64,000 nt of DNA from Carcharhinus longimanus (Eukaryota). Location: NCBI GenBank assembly GCA_030264375.1, contig JASCQW010000168.1, positions 12,309,246 to 12,373,245 of the forward strand, given 5' to 3'. Both the position numbers and the translations under genes were made by a program. Positions 37,495 through 50,535 of this stretch are shown piece by piece. Position 1 is the first letter of the stretch. Every line of letters starts with the position of its first letter. The notes under the pieces were generated by a model. It was not told the DNA's origin and did no database searches. It was given only the letters and a program-made list of their open reading frames with translations.

Positions 37495-37842
37495 GGATAG
37501 AATTCCTACAGTGCAGACGGAGGCCAATCAGCTCATCAGATTTGCACCAATTCTCTGACAGCGCATCCCACCCAAGCCCTATCCCTGTACGCCACCTATT
37601 TGCCCTGCTAATCCTCCTACCCTACATAGCTTGGGACATTAATGGGCAATTCAGCATGGCCAATCCACCTAACCTGCACATCTTTGGACTGTGGGAGGGA
37701 ACTGGAGCACCCAGAGGTAACCCACGCAGACAGGGAGAGAATGTGCAAATTCCACACAGACAGTCATCCAAGGTTGGAATTGAACCCGGGTCCCTGGCAC
37801 TGCGAGGCAGCAGTGCTAAACATTGTGCCACCATGTCATGCC
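37495..37842 (-). mobile_element. HE1-type SINE with CR1/HER1 tail
   Basis: Minus strand 'ggtggcacaatgtttagcactgctgcctcgcagtgccagggacccgggttcaattcc' plus core and tail. Confidence 0.9.
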
Positions 37843-40129
37843 TTGAGTGTGGGGACATGGCAGAGGACACAAATGGATAGAAAAAGGTAGAGATCTGGCA
37901 TGGTGTGATGAAACTCGCTAATAAAATTCCAACATTGAAACCTCTTGGAGTTTCATAATTAGAAGCTTTACATGTTGGTGCCAGTGAGTATAGTGCCTGC
38001 ATAGTCTCATCCCTCATGTTGGACATGAGTAAATAATATTGCAGAGCTTAGTGACTTGTGTTGATGTGCTAAGTTCTATGATATCAAGTAATCACTTTAC
38101 TTAAGTCTCTGTCACAGCTGAAACCTCTTCTGTGGCCCCTCCTCCAGAGGGCATGCGGCCACACCACTCAGAGGAAGAGGAAGACCCCTCAGAAGATACA
38201 ATATCACATCTTTTCTCTATCCCAAGTACCATTGTAAATACTGATACCTGGCAGGGATTTATGTATTGGAACAGGGTATGCACAGTCTGGTGAGGCACTT
38301 CACATTTGCTTATGCAGCTGCCGGGGAGAATGATGGAACAGGCCAGAGGCAGTCAGAGGAATGTCAGGAGTAATCCACAGATTGATTCCACATTGGATCA
38401 TGAACCTCTGGAGTCATCTGTAACCCAGCAAATGTTAGATGTCCAGTGCAAGATGTGTCGAGATTGATGGATACATCGGGAAGTTGTGCACTCTGACCAA
38501 GACTGTGGAGGTGTACATCCAGACTATGTGCACTGTGAGTACCCACTTTTCAGAGTATCAAGTTTCCTCGAAGGACAGACTAGTGACTGTCCTGGCGGGG
38601 AGAGGGGGGGCAAACCAATCATTGGGATGCGCTCCAACCTGCAAACCATCTCCTTCGTTCTGAGCTCAGGGGCCTATAGGCAAGCTGATAGGGAGACTGG
38701 GGGCATGGGCACAGACCGAGCACCTGGCACCTCGTCAGTTGGCAGTGTGGACCAAAGGGCCTAGTGGTAGGGGAATAAGCAGCAGCTGCTGCCACCTGGA
38801 AAACCTCTCAGGGCACTTCTGATGGTGGCCGCATCTCCTCTGTCCATTCACCAATAACAAAGTTCTCATGCACAGGCAGTGTGGCAGAAGATCCTCTTGA
38901 CTCTCAGCAGGAGTATTCTAACATGGTGGACTGCTCAAAGACACAGCTGCACAGAGGACATCCGCAAAAGCCACTCAGGGGAAGGAGGCGGCTGATCAGT
39001 TGCCTCTATCCAGTGCAGTAGCAAGTGAGAGGGGAGAACTGCACTACAGCAGGTATAAACATATCAAAAAAATTCCACAGTAGTTACCAAGAGGGACATG
39101 TGAGTGAATTACTGTGAATGTGAGAAATCATTGCATGTTTATGAATAAAATTCTGCTCCTTGAATGAAGCACTTCCAGCAGTTGTAGAACTCTGAACTAA
39201 TAAGATGAGGGCTCAGCTGAACATTTTAAACCTAAGCCAACAAGCTTCCTCATAAAGAAGGAAAGCCCACATGGTGTCAAGTAGACTCTGCAAATGTAGT
39301 ATTGCTGACACAACATTTTATTGCATTCAGTTGGGTAGTTAATGACCTTAAATACCTATTTACATAAAATTTGAATAACATGGATAGGCACGCATTTTTT
39401 AAGCCCGATTCCTTACCATATTATTTGAAACTGGTGTAATAATGCCAGAAATATAACTGGAAGTCATCACACTCGATAATACAGTGGTGGGATGGAGTAC
39501 ACTCCTGATTTAGAAGCACATTATCAGCCCAACGTATATATATCTTCGTCCTCGTTCATGACAGGTTACAATTTATCTGGATGAAACCAATATGTAATCA
39601 GAAATTATTATGATGAAAAAGTAAGAGAAAGATTAAAGCATTGGGGTTTTTGTTGTAAAACCTAAATTAGGGGCCAAGTGCTATAGTGTAGAACTATGGT
39701 GTGAGTTCTTTGAATATAAAATTACCATGTAATTGGGCATTAGGACTCATTGAAAACAACAGGTTTAATGAAAAACAGGAATATACTGTGGTAAGTCCCA
39801 ATTGACTTACATGAAACTTATTATGGTAGTTAGTAAGAAATCTTCCTTCCAACCTAATTCAGCTAAATGATTCTATCCTGAACTAACACATTAGATAATC
39901 AAGGCAGATTTCACACTTTTGCACCAGCTGGTAAATGGTAGATTAGATGCACTGCATGTGGGAAAATTGGACAGGGAAGACTTCACACTGGTGTTGGAGC
40001 ATACCCAATTAATCATCCATTAATTTAAATGGATGGAAAGTCATAAACAGAAAATCAGGTGATCTCCACTAAGTATGTCTTTTATACTCTTGGAGAATTA
40101 ACAGTTCAGAACATAGGCAGATCTTGGGG

Positions 40130-40254
40130 AGCAAGTAACATATTTGTGCCACACAGTTGCCAGTACCCTGGATGAGTGTAGCTTCAAAATCACTCAAGAA
40201 GTTCAATATCATCTAGGACAAAGCAGCCCACCATCAACTCCATCCTAAACATTC
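40130..40254 (+). mobile_element. CR1-group LINE RT C-terminus (left part of split element)
   Basis: 'cctggatgagtgtagcttcaaaatcactcaagaagttcaatatcatctaggacaaagcagccc', homologous to minus strand 61185-61250. Confidence 0.75.
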
Positions 40255-41478
40255 TATCCTGGAGTGGAAACAGGAAGAAAAAGAAATATATATATATATA
40301 CCACTGTCAGCTTGGCTACCTTATAAGGTTAATTTATTTCTCTGTTTTTCAAAATGGACAACTGTTGAGATGGTAAAATAGCTGTGGCTGGTCGCATGCT
40401 GGCTCCTGGAAGTATCCGAGCATTTTAAAAGCGAACAAAGGCTTATTACTTCAAACACCCTGGATTATAATGCTCCTTACATCATATAATTACTCCAGAC
40501 AAGCAAACATAATAAATTAGAAGATCAGCTGTCTGCCCTACCCAACTACGGACAAGGGCAGCTGTTTCTGACTCCTAATCTCCAATGTAGTGTTTGATGG
40601 TCCAACTATTACCTGTTCCAAAAATAATGAGTTTCAACTAAGGGCTCATTCGTCAACCTGAAACCATCTGTCACATGACTGAGAATGGGGCTGTTCGAAC
40701 ACCTTTAATTAATTCGCTGTTGGGTATTATCTTCAGTCACTTTTTTGACTTCAGAAGAGAAACAGTATTATAGGCAGCACACTGTCTCTGTTTACCATTT
40801 ACCATCTCACAGGTAGCAGTAGAAAGAGTGCATGCCCTGGTTTATAATTATCTAGCCCTCATCCACACTGTGAACTACTGGAACATTAGAACTTGGACAA
40901 AAGGTCATCTGGACTCGAAACATCAGCTCTTTTCTCTCCTTACAAATGCTGCCAGATCTGCTGAGATTTTCCAGCATTTTCTGTTTTGGTTTGGGATTAG
41001 AACTTGGGCCCTTGAGACTAATTTAACTCTATGTGCTTTCTGCCATGATGAAAGTCCTCACTTCAGGAAAGATGATCATCCAGTAAAAGTCAGCTAACTA
41101 CCCTCTGAAGGATTACACCATTACACTTTGATTCTGGAATCTGGACTCACATAAAACCATAACTCATATTTTTACTGTGGTCTCCCTTTCCTTCCCTCAT
41201 ACCTTTTATTGTCTGAGTACAAAAGGGATAGACCAAAGTTGTGAAACCCCTTTCAAAGCTTTTGTCTGTATGAAATAAATAAATCCTCTTATTTTACCTT
41301 ATTTTGAATTTGCTGTGGGGTTAGTCATAGAATTTTGGAGCTCTGCATTCTGAAGGGTTGGGGGAATATACCACCACTTATAAAGTAGGAAATCAGAAAT
41401 CAGAAAGACCTTTCTGTTTAAGGGTAGGTAATTAGAGGAGAAGTCAGAATTGTTTAATCTCCCTTCTGTCTATTAGAG
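40255..41478. mobile_element. About 1.2 kb insertion, probable solo LTR, splitting a CR1-group LINE
   Basis: LINE homology stops at about 40254 and resumes at about 41480. The insert has AATAAA at about 41274 and contains a Penelope tail at 40892-40992. Confidence 0.5.
40892..40992 (+). mobile_element. Penelope-type 3' tail (second family) with degenerate hammerhead
   Basis: 'ttggacaaaaggtcatctggactcgaaacatcagctc...gctgccagatctgctgagattttccagcattttctg'; a reverse-complement copy lies at 54825-54925. Confidence 0.6.
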
Positions 41479-41479
41479 T

Positions 41480-41768
41480 TCACTCGTTACACTATTGGTA
41501 TACAGTAGCAGATGTTCATATCATCAACAAGTTGCACTGCAGAAATTTGCCAAGCCTCTTTCAACAGCAGCTTCTAAACCCATGACCTCTACCATCTAAA
41601 ACAAGAGTAACAGATGTATGAAAACACCGCTAGAAATATATCACTGCCTGTTCATTGTTATAATGTCAAATTGCTGGAATCCCTTCCTAACAGCACTTGG
41701 GCTACAATGGTTCAAAAAAGTGACTCACCATCACTTTCTCAAGAGCAATTAGGAATAAGCAGTAAAGG
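41480..41768 (+). mobile_element. CR1-group LINE 3' UTR (right part of split element)
   Basis: 'aaacccatgacctctaccatct...ctggaatcccttcctaacagcac...ctcaccatcactttctcaagagcaattagg', homologous to minus strand 60830-61090. Confidence 0.75.
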
Positions 41769-41782
41769 CAGGATGGAAGTCT

Positions 41783-41842
41783 TACGGCGCAGTTGGTAGC
41801 TTCCCTGCCTCTGAAGCTCCAGGTTCAAGTCCCAGCCCAGGG
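41783..41842 (+). mobile_element. tRNA-derived SINE head fragment
   Basis: A-box-like 'ggcgcagttggtagc' and B-box 'ggttcaagtcc'; does not form a full cloverleaf. Confidence 0.6.
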
Positions 41843-42379
41843 GTTTTTAAAATGTGTTCATGGCATGTGTGCATCACTAGCTGGGCCAGCATTATTGCCC
41901 ATCTCTGACAGCATTTGAGTTAATTGCTGTGGATCTGTGCGAAGTAAATTATAAAAGAAATTAGCACAAAATATAAAAAAGATAGCAAATGACTCACATC
42001 TGAGGAGGAATTTTATTGTAATGCCTGTCACGGGAGTTGCAGCGGACAAGACATGAACCATGCAGAGGTCAGTTGATCTCTCGTGGGATTTTCCAACTTT
42101 GGGGCAAGCACGGTTGGAAAATCCTGCCCCGGCATTGAATCAACTGTTATGAAATAATATTTGGCATCTTTAACTTCATTAGTGAACTGGTTTCTGAGCC
42201 GTTTTGCAATTATAGTGATGAATTCACCATAGGCTCTGTGCGTTAAAAAGTTGGTCTTCCTTAAGCCTCAATATTGATAGTTTTTCAAATGCTCTTTGAG
42301 AAGCTTGTAAAATTCACTGAGGTGTTCAAGGCAGGCTACAAAATTACCTCGATAGACTTGACACCAATGATTCATGTCC

Positions 42380-42737
42380 TCATAGAATCATAAAATCATG
42401 GAAACCCTACAGTGCAGAAAGAGGCCATTTGGCCCATCGAGTCTGTGTCAACCAGAATCCCACCCAGGCCATACCCCCATATCCCTACATATTTACCCAC
42501 CAATCCCTCTAACCTACACACTTCAGGACACTAAGGGGTAATTATTTTAGCACAGCCAATCAACCTAACCCGCACATCTTTAGACTGTGGGAAGAAACTG
42601 GAGAACCTGAAGGAAATCCACGCAGACACTGGGAGAATGTGCAAACTCCACACAGACAGTGACCCAAGCCGGGAATCAAACCTCAGTCCCTGGTGCTGTG
42701 AGGCAGCAGTGCTAACCACTGTGCCAACATGCCGCCC
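42380..42737 (-). mobile_element. HE1-type SINE with CR1/HER1 tail
   Basis: Minus strand 'gggcggcatgttggcacagtggttagcactgctgcctcacagcaccaggg' through to 'gatgggccaaatggcctctttctgcactgtagggtttccatgattttatgattctatg'. Confidence 0.92.
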
Positions 42738-43689
42738 ACAAATGATTTCTTCTGTTTTTATTTTTTGGACTTTGTCAGCATGCCCCACATTTCAAAAACA
42801 AATAAAACAGAACTCAATTTAACTTGTTTTCAATTTTTGCAGTGCCCAATGCCAGAGTTGACCTGAAAAAATGGTAACAGGCATTTCCCATGAATTTCTC
42901 ATGGTGATGATGCCTGACAAAACTATTAGGGAAGGAATGCCAAGATATTTGCTCAGGAAGAGTGGTGTATTTCCAAAGCAGGCTGAAAATTACTGAACAA
43001 AAATAGAAAATGCTGAATAAGTCAGAGAAACAGTTAATATTAGTGTCCAATATGACTTTTCTTTGGAACTACGAACACAGTAACACATAGTGGAGCCTTA
43101 AATATGTAGTGAAGAGGAAATAAAGAAAGATTAGCATTAATATAGCACACCTCACAGGAGATTATCAGGCAAAATGTAATGCTGAGCCATGTAGAGATAT
43201 TGGAACAGATGACCAAAAGATTGGTCACAGAGGTAGATTTTAAGGAGTGACAATGAAGCGAAGAGAGGTAGAGACAACTGTGTCCTTCTGGGTTCAGCTA
43301 GTAATAGCACCAACAAATCTGTCTTGGCATTGAACATTGACATACTAGGCTGTATTTCTTACCATTATGTTTCCCTCAGATTTCTTTTCTCCAAGTTACA
43401 ATTAATGTGGAAGAGTACCAATGCATGGTGATGGTGAAATTTTAGTGGAACTTGGTATACCAATTTGTGGTATATACTAAGAGGAGATTTATTTGACCAC
43501 ATTTAAGCTGGAACAAGGAGATATCATAGGTTGTTTCATAAATATTATTTATGCCCATGGATTAGCATCAGATTGCTATCTTGTAATAGTAGAGAAAAAT
43601 AAGTAACATGTTGGCGCAGTTAAAGCTGTATAAATGCAGTGCAACCATATTTTTGCATATAGAGAATAATAGTCTCAGCTGAAATAATA

Positions 43690-43999
43690 AAGTTAAAGTT
43701 TATTTATCAGTCACAAGTAGGCTTACACTAACACTGCAATGAAGTTACTGTGAAAATCCTCTAGTCACCACATTCCAATGCCTGTTCGGATACACTGAGG
43801 GAAAATTTAGCATAGCCAGTGCGCCTAACCAGCACGTCTTCCGGACTGAGAGAGGAAACCAGAACAACCAGAAGAAACCCACGCAGACACGAGCAGAACA
43901 TGCAGACTCTGCACAGACAATGGCACAAGCTGGGAATTAAACCCCGTTCCCTGGCGCTGTGCGCCTGCAGTGCTAATCACTGTGCCACCATGCTACCCT
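43690..43999 (-). mobile_element. HE1-headed SINE with alternative tail, flanked by a 38 bp direct repeat
   Basis: HE1 head and core, then 'ctcagtgtatccgaacaggc...gattttcacagtaacttcattgcagtgttagtgtaagcctacttgtgactgataaataaacttt'. Direct repeats at 43659-43696 and 44001-44038. Confidence 0.9.
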
Positions 44000-46675
44000 A
44001 ATAGAGAATAATAGTCTCAGCTGAAATAATAAAGTTAATAGGAAGCAGAAAAAGGATGGTTATGTAGAGCAGCATTGGCAGAGATATGAAACAGGCTGGT
44101 TGTAAGTTTGTTGAAACTGTGATGGATAGGGTTTCTACAGAATTATGTAGACAAATGTATGTATTGTGACTTTCAATTTTGCTTAATAATTAAATACAAT
44201 TTGCCTAACAGCCGGTCAAAATCGTGTTTTAACTTGGCAAATCCAAACATCTTGATGTTGGCCCCTTGGGCAGTTCCCTTTCATGTCTGGATAAAATGAT
44301 AAAATAATGATGCACGAAGCCTTATGAGTAGAAGCCAACTACTAAAGACAAATTATATGGCTGAGAAAGTTGAGATTTTAATTTTATTTTTAAAACAGTT
44401 TATAGTCTCAGTGGTATAGGAAAGCACCCATGCATATAAAGAAACAAAGTTTGGACAGCTTCTGGCCACGATCCCCACAGCTATGGCAGTGATTCCATTT
44501 GGCATCTGGCACACATTTATCTATGGATCAAGTACAGATATTGAGACTATGAACTGAGTGATTGACTGCTGTAACCAGCTCATCCACAAAGGTCAGTTTT
44601 AATGCACTTTCAACTTCAGCCAGGAGTTACATGTATCTAACTAATAGACTTAGGAGGGGAGGAAATATTCACTTTGAGATACAGTTGGGATGAGGCAATG
44701 AGAGAATGATGTCCAGTTGTAAACTTAAATTCAACAAAAGTTTGTTGAAATCTTTTAGATGTATTCCTTTAAAAAAAACTTTATGACAATTCCTTCTGTG
44801 CCTGTTCATACAGATGGTATGCTTAGAAATCCAGGCCTCTCCCAGCTTGGCTTGGACTTTGCGTTCACGTGGTGCAATCTGTGAGCACTAAATATAATTT
44901 ATTACCACTCTGCATACTATAATGGAAGCAAGATGAACTTTTAACAATGTGCACATTGTATCATTCTTGCTTCTAGGGGAATAAATTGTAATATGCTGAG
45001 CTTGATGCTGTCATGGGTTCCAGAAAAAGGCCCCGGCCAAGCTTGGATCTATGCCATGTTGATGTACAGATGCACAATATACTGTAGTGCAATAGGAAAG
45101 CCCTGCTGGTGAACTGCAGCGGTGTAACAGTGGTTTGATGGAATGATGTATTTTCTGGTGCATGGATTTCAAACGTTTGTATGGTCAGGGGAGATTTTAT
45201 ATTTGTTTAGACATAGTAGGACCTTAGAAATACAGTGTTGTTTTACATCAAGTCATTGATAGCATAGATTAGAATAGGGTAAAAGCATTCTTTTCCTTTG
45301 TACAGTGGTTTGAATTTTGCTCCTGAAAGTAGCCACTGCTTTGTGATTGTGATATTGTGAATTTAAAATTATAATAATTTAGAGAGCCAGTGGGAGATTT
45401 TTGAGTTTTTTCTCTTCATTACTCCAGCAGTTGGAATCTTCTGCATGAGATCAGGAAATGGAGTAGTCCAGCATTAAAAAGAAACACCTTTTGTACCATC
45501 CCACCATTCCTTTTGTGTTGTGAGTAACCCAGGGATGGCATCATAGCCAGCTAGAATTGACTGAGGAAGGGTCATTCACCTCTGTTGCTGTCATTTATCT
45601 CTGCTGTTAACATGTCTTTTCTGCCTCTGACCAGCGATCTTTTTAACTGATCAAACAACATATGAAGGAAGTAGCTAAAGGCAAAAGACTAACTTTACAT
45701 CCAATTTTTTTCTCCTTTGCTAAAGATGCCAGTTCATTTTGGAACATGTTTTCACACAGATTAGCTCTCTTGGTGTATTGTGATATCCTGCTGATGTGAG
45801 ACTCAGTGGTGAGAATTGACTGTAGGTCCATCAACATCTTGTCTGTTCTCAGTTGAAGTCCACAGACTTCATTTCTGACCAAGATTCTTTTCCCTTCTCC
45901 AGTCCCTAACTTGGAGTGTTGTTCTGACCAATTGTAATGTCCATGCTCCTGATCTTATTATGTTGGCATTACATTCCCCACTATATAAAGGACCCTACTA
46001 AAGGCCAATAGTTCCTACTTTGATGAACTGTTTACCAAATACACTTTTGCTGGTGTATGAGAAAATATCTATCAGTGTGTGTGAAGTCCACTGAGAATAC
46101 TAAGAACATATCTAAATTTAGGTACATAACAAAATATAGAATAATAAAAAAGCCATTTGGTTCATCCAATAAATCAAGTAGGCCTTGGATCTCTCAAACC
46201 TATTTGCTCTCTTGAGGAAATTAGAAACTTGCAACAAAGCTTCCAGTGATCAAAATAACTGAAACTATCATCCTGGATCCTCCTCTAAAATGTAAATAAA
46301 TGAAAACTTCAGCATAGCTTGGAGAAAAAAAAATTAATCAAGGTTCAATTTTATTCTGTATTCACATGCAATGGATGGTGTCTGAAATGTATAAATATGT
46401 ATTTATACCAGTTCACTTGTCTAAATGCTAATGTTGGAAACCAGTTGAAAACTTCTGTGCCAATTATAGAATCTGTAAGAATTTAGTTTCTAGCTTTACT
46501 TTCATGCTATCATTGTGACTTGATCGTTCTTTTAACTTTGCTCACGCCTTTTGAGAGACATGAAACTACATTTGCCTCTTTAGGATTAAAATTCTGATGC
46601 ACATCATACCAGTCCTAATTTAATGAGATTCTCACTTTCCTACATTGGAGAGAAGCTTAAACACTCTTTTACATT

Positions 46676-47825
46676 TGTCATGCCCAGTAAAGGCATTTCA
46701 TATCCATTACCTTAATCGTGGACTGTATTCAGTACAGAGTTTTCTGAACTGCCTTTTCTTTTTAAAAAATGGACTTAAAAATGCTGCTCAGCTGGCTGCT
46801 GAGAGATGACTTTTGCAACTTCCAATGGACCAAATTTTCAATTTCACATGAACTCAGAAGCATCTTAAGTCTCCAGATAGTTCTAATTGAATGACCATGG
46901 GTGAAGTGTCTCCCTTGGCTGGACATAACAGAGGACCATTTGTAAAATTTGCACCTCTTATTGTTGTGGACCTACCAAAATTCAAAGTGAATGGACTCCC
47001 AGACCTTCTGCCTTTGATCTTGATCCATAACAAAGAGAGCTGCAGAAAATAGTTAAATGCTCAGTAGCTGTGGATGGCCACCATCCATCCACTATTGAGT
47101 AGCAATAGTTTTCAACTTCAGATCAATCTGGGTGAATAACAGAAGTACTGATTGAAACTATCTCTATATAATCAATCAAACTTACTCCAAACACCAGGGA
47201 GAAACCAATCATTCTGCAAATAGTACAGTAAGAAACAGCAGCAGTAGCAAAGGCAGCAATATCTATGCCTTAAAATTGGAGACTGCAGCATCGTAAAGTC
47301 TCCAAGCCTGTTCCTTTTCAAGTCCACTACTACATAAAACTGACTTCCTAATAATAAGACTACAATCAACTAACTTTATGACCTGTTGGAAATCACCTCT
47401 TTGAGGGAATCCTGCAGCAACTTTGATGCATTACTTCTGTTATTTAATTTGCCTAACTGCACTTCAAGTGAAAAATAATCTCTTCTTCATCAGGCCTGCA
47501 CCAAGACAAGCCAATCATGTGACTTACAAACTATTCCTCTGCTTTTTAACTTGTAAAAATACACCATTCTCTTCAACCATATTTTTCCTTGAGCGTGTGT
47601 GAATGAACGGCAAGTGAGTGACATAGCGTTAGAATTTTGGGTTGCCATGCAAGTGTGTAGTCATCTTTGTTTAAACCCACACGAAGTGTGCTGATGGTTA
47701 TTCAAATTAGCCATACACTGAGGGTGTAAGAAACATAGACATGTGCCTTTCAAAAAACACACTAAATATGAATAATAAGGGAAGGGAACAGGAGTTTCAG
47801 TTCTTTCTTATCCATGTCCGTAACA
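46676..47825. mobile_element. Putative solo LTR
   Basis: Termini TGTCATG...CGTAACA (imperfect inverted TG...CA), flanks CATT / CATA, non-coding interior. Confidence 0.4.
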
Positions 47826-49354
47826 CATATGTCCTTCTCTGATTCTGCAAACTAATTGCCACAACTCTTCCTTTTTGCTGTAGACATGTCAAATATGATG
47901 AGAACATAAGACTGAAAAAAAAGCTACTTTATTTTCATAACTGGTATATCACGCATTTTGCTTAATGATGCATTTTCCAAAATTATTTTGCTCAATTAAT
48001 TATGTCCAAGTAGTAAGTAGGCACATAAGGAACAGCATTGCTTTAGCCAATAGCTCTGATGGGGAGCTTTGAGACTTCCGTGGTGGTGGCAAGGGTGTGG
48101 TGGTGGGGGGAGTGGTTGTTGCTCCATGTCCTCCATCAAGGCTGTCAAAGAGATTGGATCACGTCATTACATTTCAATTCCAAACACTAGCTCCTGATGT
48201 TCACCCCCTACTCCTATTTCCTATTTTGTTGACTGGAAGTGCAGTAGGAACAATTGCACATCAGAATTCAAACCACACTGTGGGTGCTGGCCCCCACACA
48301 GCTACTGCTAATGCCGGTGGCAAAACCTTTGCAATGATTGTCAAAGTAGAGAAATGGCTTCTTCTACAGAGGAATCAAGACCCCACACATAGGACATGAA
48401 TCAATTTGCCACAATCCATGATAAATCAAACCATGAAAAGAAATAAAATAAACAAGTTCATTTAAATGCTATTTTTTACCCGGTGTGTTAAGGTTTTGTA
48501 GAGGGAGCCCCCTCATAAACTGGGTACATCAGTTCAGACTCTGAATCCCAGAGGCATTGTTTCAAGATCTGCAAGAGATCAAAAGTTATTTCTTATTCAA
48601 AATACTTTTTCCTAATTGACTTTTCCAGAAATGTTACAGTCAATTCTCCACAGTCTCTGAGTTCATTGGAAGTTGAGAATCTGATTTACCGAAATTTCCT
48701 CATTATATATCTTCATCATTCATTGAATTGTCAGCAGCATATTTTACAGAGGAAACAGCTCACAAATGATAGGTAAAGTGAATACAAGAACTTGCAATTG
48801 GTTAAGGACTGCACAGTGTTGTTAGTTTGTCAAGTAGTACAACTGGTCCCCAGGCGAAGTCACTCAATTTTTTATGATTACGGTCAAGATGCCTTTAAAT
48901 TGTTAAGCTCATGGGTGTGGGGTTGAACTGACTCCCTTTGTTTCTTCAACTCCTTTGCAGGTCACAACAAGGTTAATCTAAAATGGATCCCTTCCCTTGT
49001 GGCCACCCTTCCCAATCCAAACGTACTTACACACTAAAAACAGCCAATTTAGCCAAGCTTTGTTGCGTTAATGGAAGAGAGATTTTATTATTTAGTAAAA
49101 CTTACACGAGGAACAAAAAGGAACACAAAGACACACACACGTACATACACACATTAGAAATGAGAAGCAAGTCCAAAAATAAAATGTAAAACAAATATAC
49201 AAATTCATCTCTGCCTTCTCCTTGCGGAGTAGATAATGAAACATTGCAGCCGTTAAGTTGGGTGATTCTGGTAACACTGAATTTGATAATTGAGCAGTTG
49301 GTTCGAAGACCCTATTTCTGCAGATTAGTTGAAATGAGTTGTTCTATTTCCTTT

Positions 49355-49625
49355 TTAAACTTTATTAATTAGTGTCACATGTAGGCTTGCATTAACGCTG
49401 CAATGAAGTTACTTGAAAATCCCCTAGTTTTCACACTCTGGCGCCTGTTCACGTAAACTGAGGGAGAATTTAGCATGCACCTAAGTAGCACATCTTTCGG
49501 ACTGTGGAAGGAAACCCACGCAGACACTAGAAGGATATGCAGATTCCGCATGGATAGTAACCCAAGACTGGAATCAAACCCAGGTCTCTGGTGCTGTGAG
49601 GCAGCAATGCTAACCACAGTGCCAT
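49355..49625 (-). mobile_element. HE1-headed SINE with alternative tail
   Basis: Same head and same 'gattttc...aacttcattgcagcgttaatgcaagcctacatgtgacactaat' tail as 43690, 50232 and 57080. Confidence 0.88.
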
Positions 49626-50231
49626 TGCAATTGTAGCCTCGCTGACTTTTGACTTGCTTTTATCATGCAGCAAGAGAGAGACTTTTTTTGCATGTAAGCA
49701 CAGGGGGATACCTAGTGGATGTTCTTCAGCTGTGAACTTCACAACAGAGTAGAATTAGAGCACAGGATTTTAGTTGCGTTTTAACCCCTTAATATTCCTG
49801 GAAGTGGAAAAACATGAAAAAGTATTTTGTCCAGAACTGCAGGCCTTCAGTCCACATCATGTCCACAATTTGGATATAACCCACAGGAGAACGTTTCTGC
49901 TGAGGTGATAATCTGACTCCATTATCTCCACAGGAGATTACAGTTCAGTTTTGCATTATATCTCTTTCTTTGAAGTATCTGTGTCTGAAAAATTGTCATT
50001 CAGTTCCCTCTAGATTAGTTCATTAACTGTAACCCACAATGGAATTTTCCAACAAGTGCTTATTTTGCAATCTTAGCCAGTTTTGCCTGTATGTCCTTTT
50101 TGAAGAAAACACACATCTTGCTTAAGATTTCAATATGTTTGTAAGTAATTTGAAGCTATAATCCATTGTCATGACACAAGTTAACTGCTTCTTTTCATGC
50201 AACAGCTGTCACAGGCCTGAAATTTCACTCT

Positions 50232-50535
50232 TGGGTGGTGGCACAGTAATTAGCACTGCTACCTCACAGCGCCAGGGACCTGGGTTCGATTCCCAGCCTG
50301 GGTCACTGTGTGGAGTCTGCATGTTCTCCCCGTGTCTGCGTGAGTTTCCTCCGAGTGCTCCGGTTTCGTCCCACAGTCTGAAAGACATGCTGGTTCGGTG
50401 CATTGGCCATACTAAATTCTCCCTCAGTGCACCGGAACAGGTGCCTCAAGTGTGGCAACTAAGGGATTTTCACATTAACTTCATTGCAGTGTTACTGTAA
50501 ACCTACCTGTGACAATAAATAAACTTTAACTTTAC
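50232..50535 (+). mobile_element. HE1-headed SINE with alternative tail
   Basis: 'ggtggcacagtaattagcactgctacctcacagcgccagggacctgggttcgattccc...acctgtgacaataaataaactttaacttt'. Confidence 0.9.

Noticed and set aside
50232-50300. tRNA genes at the HE1 heads
   Set aside because: The A/B boxes continue into SINE core and tail sequence; there is no complete cloverleaf.
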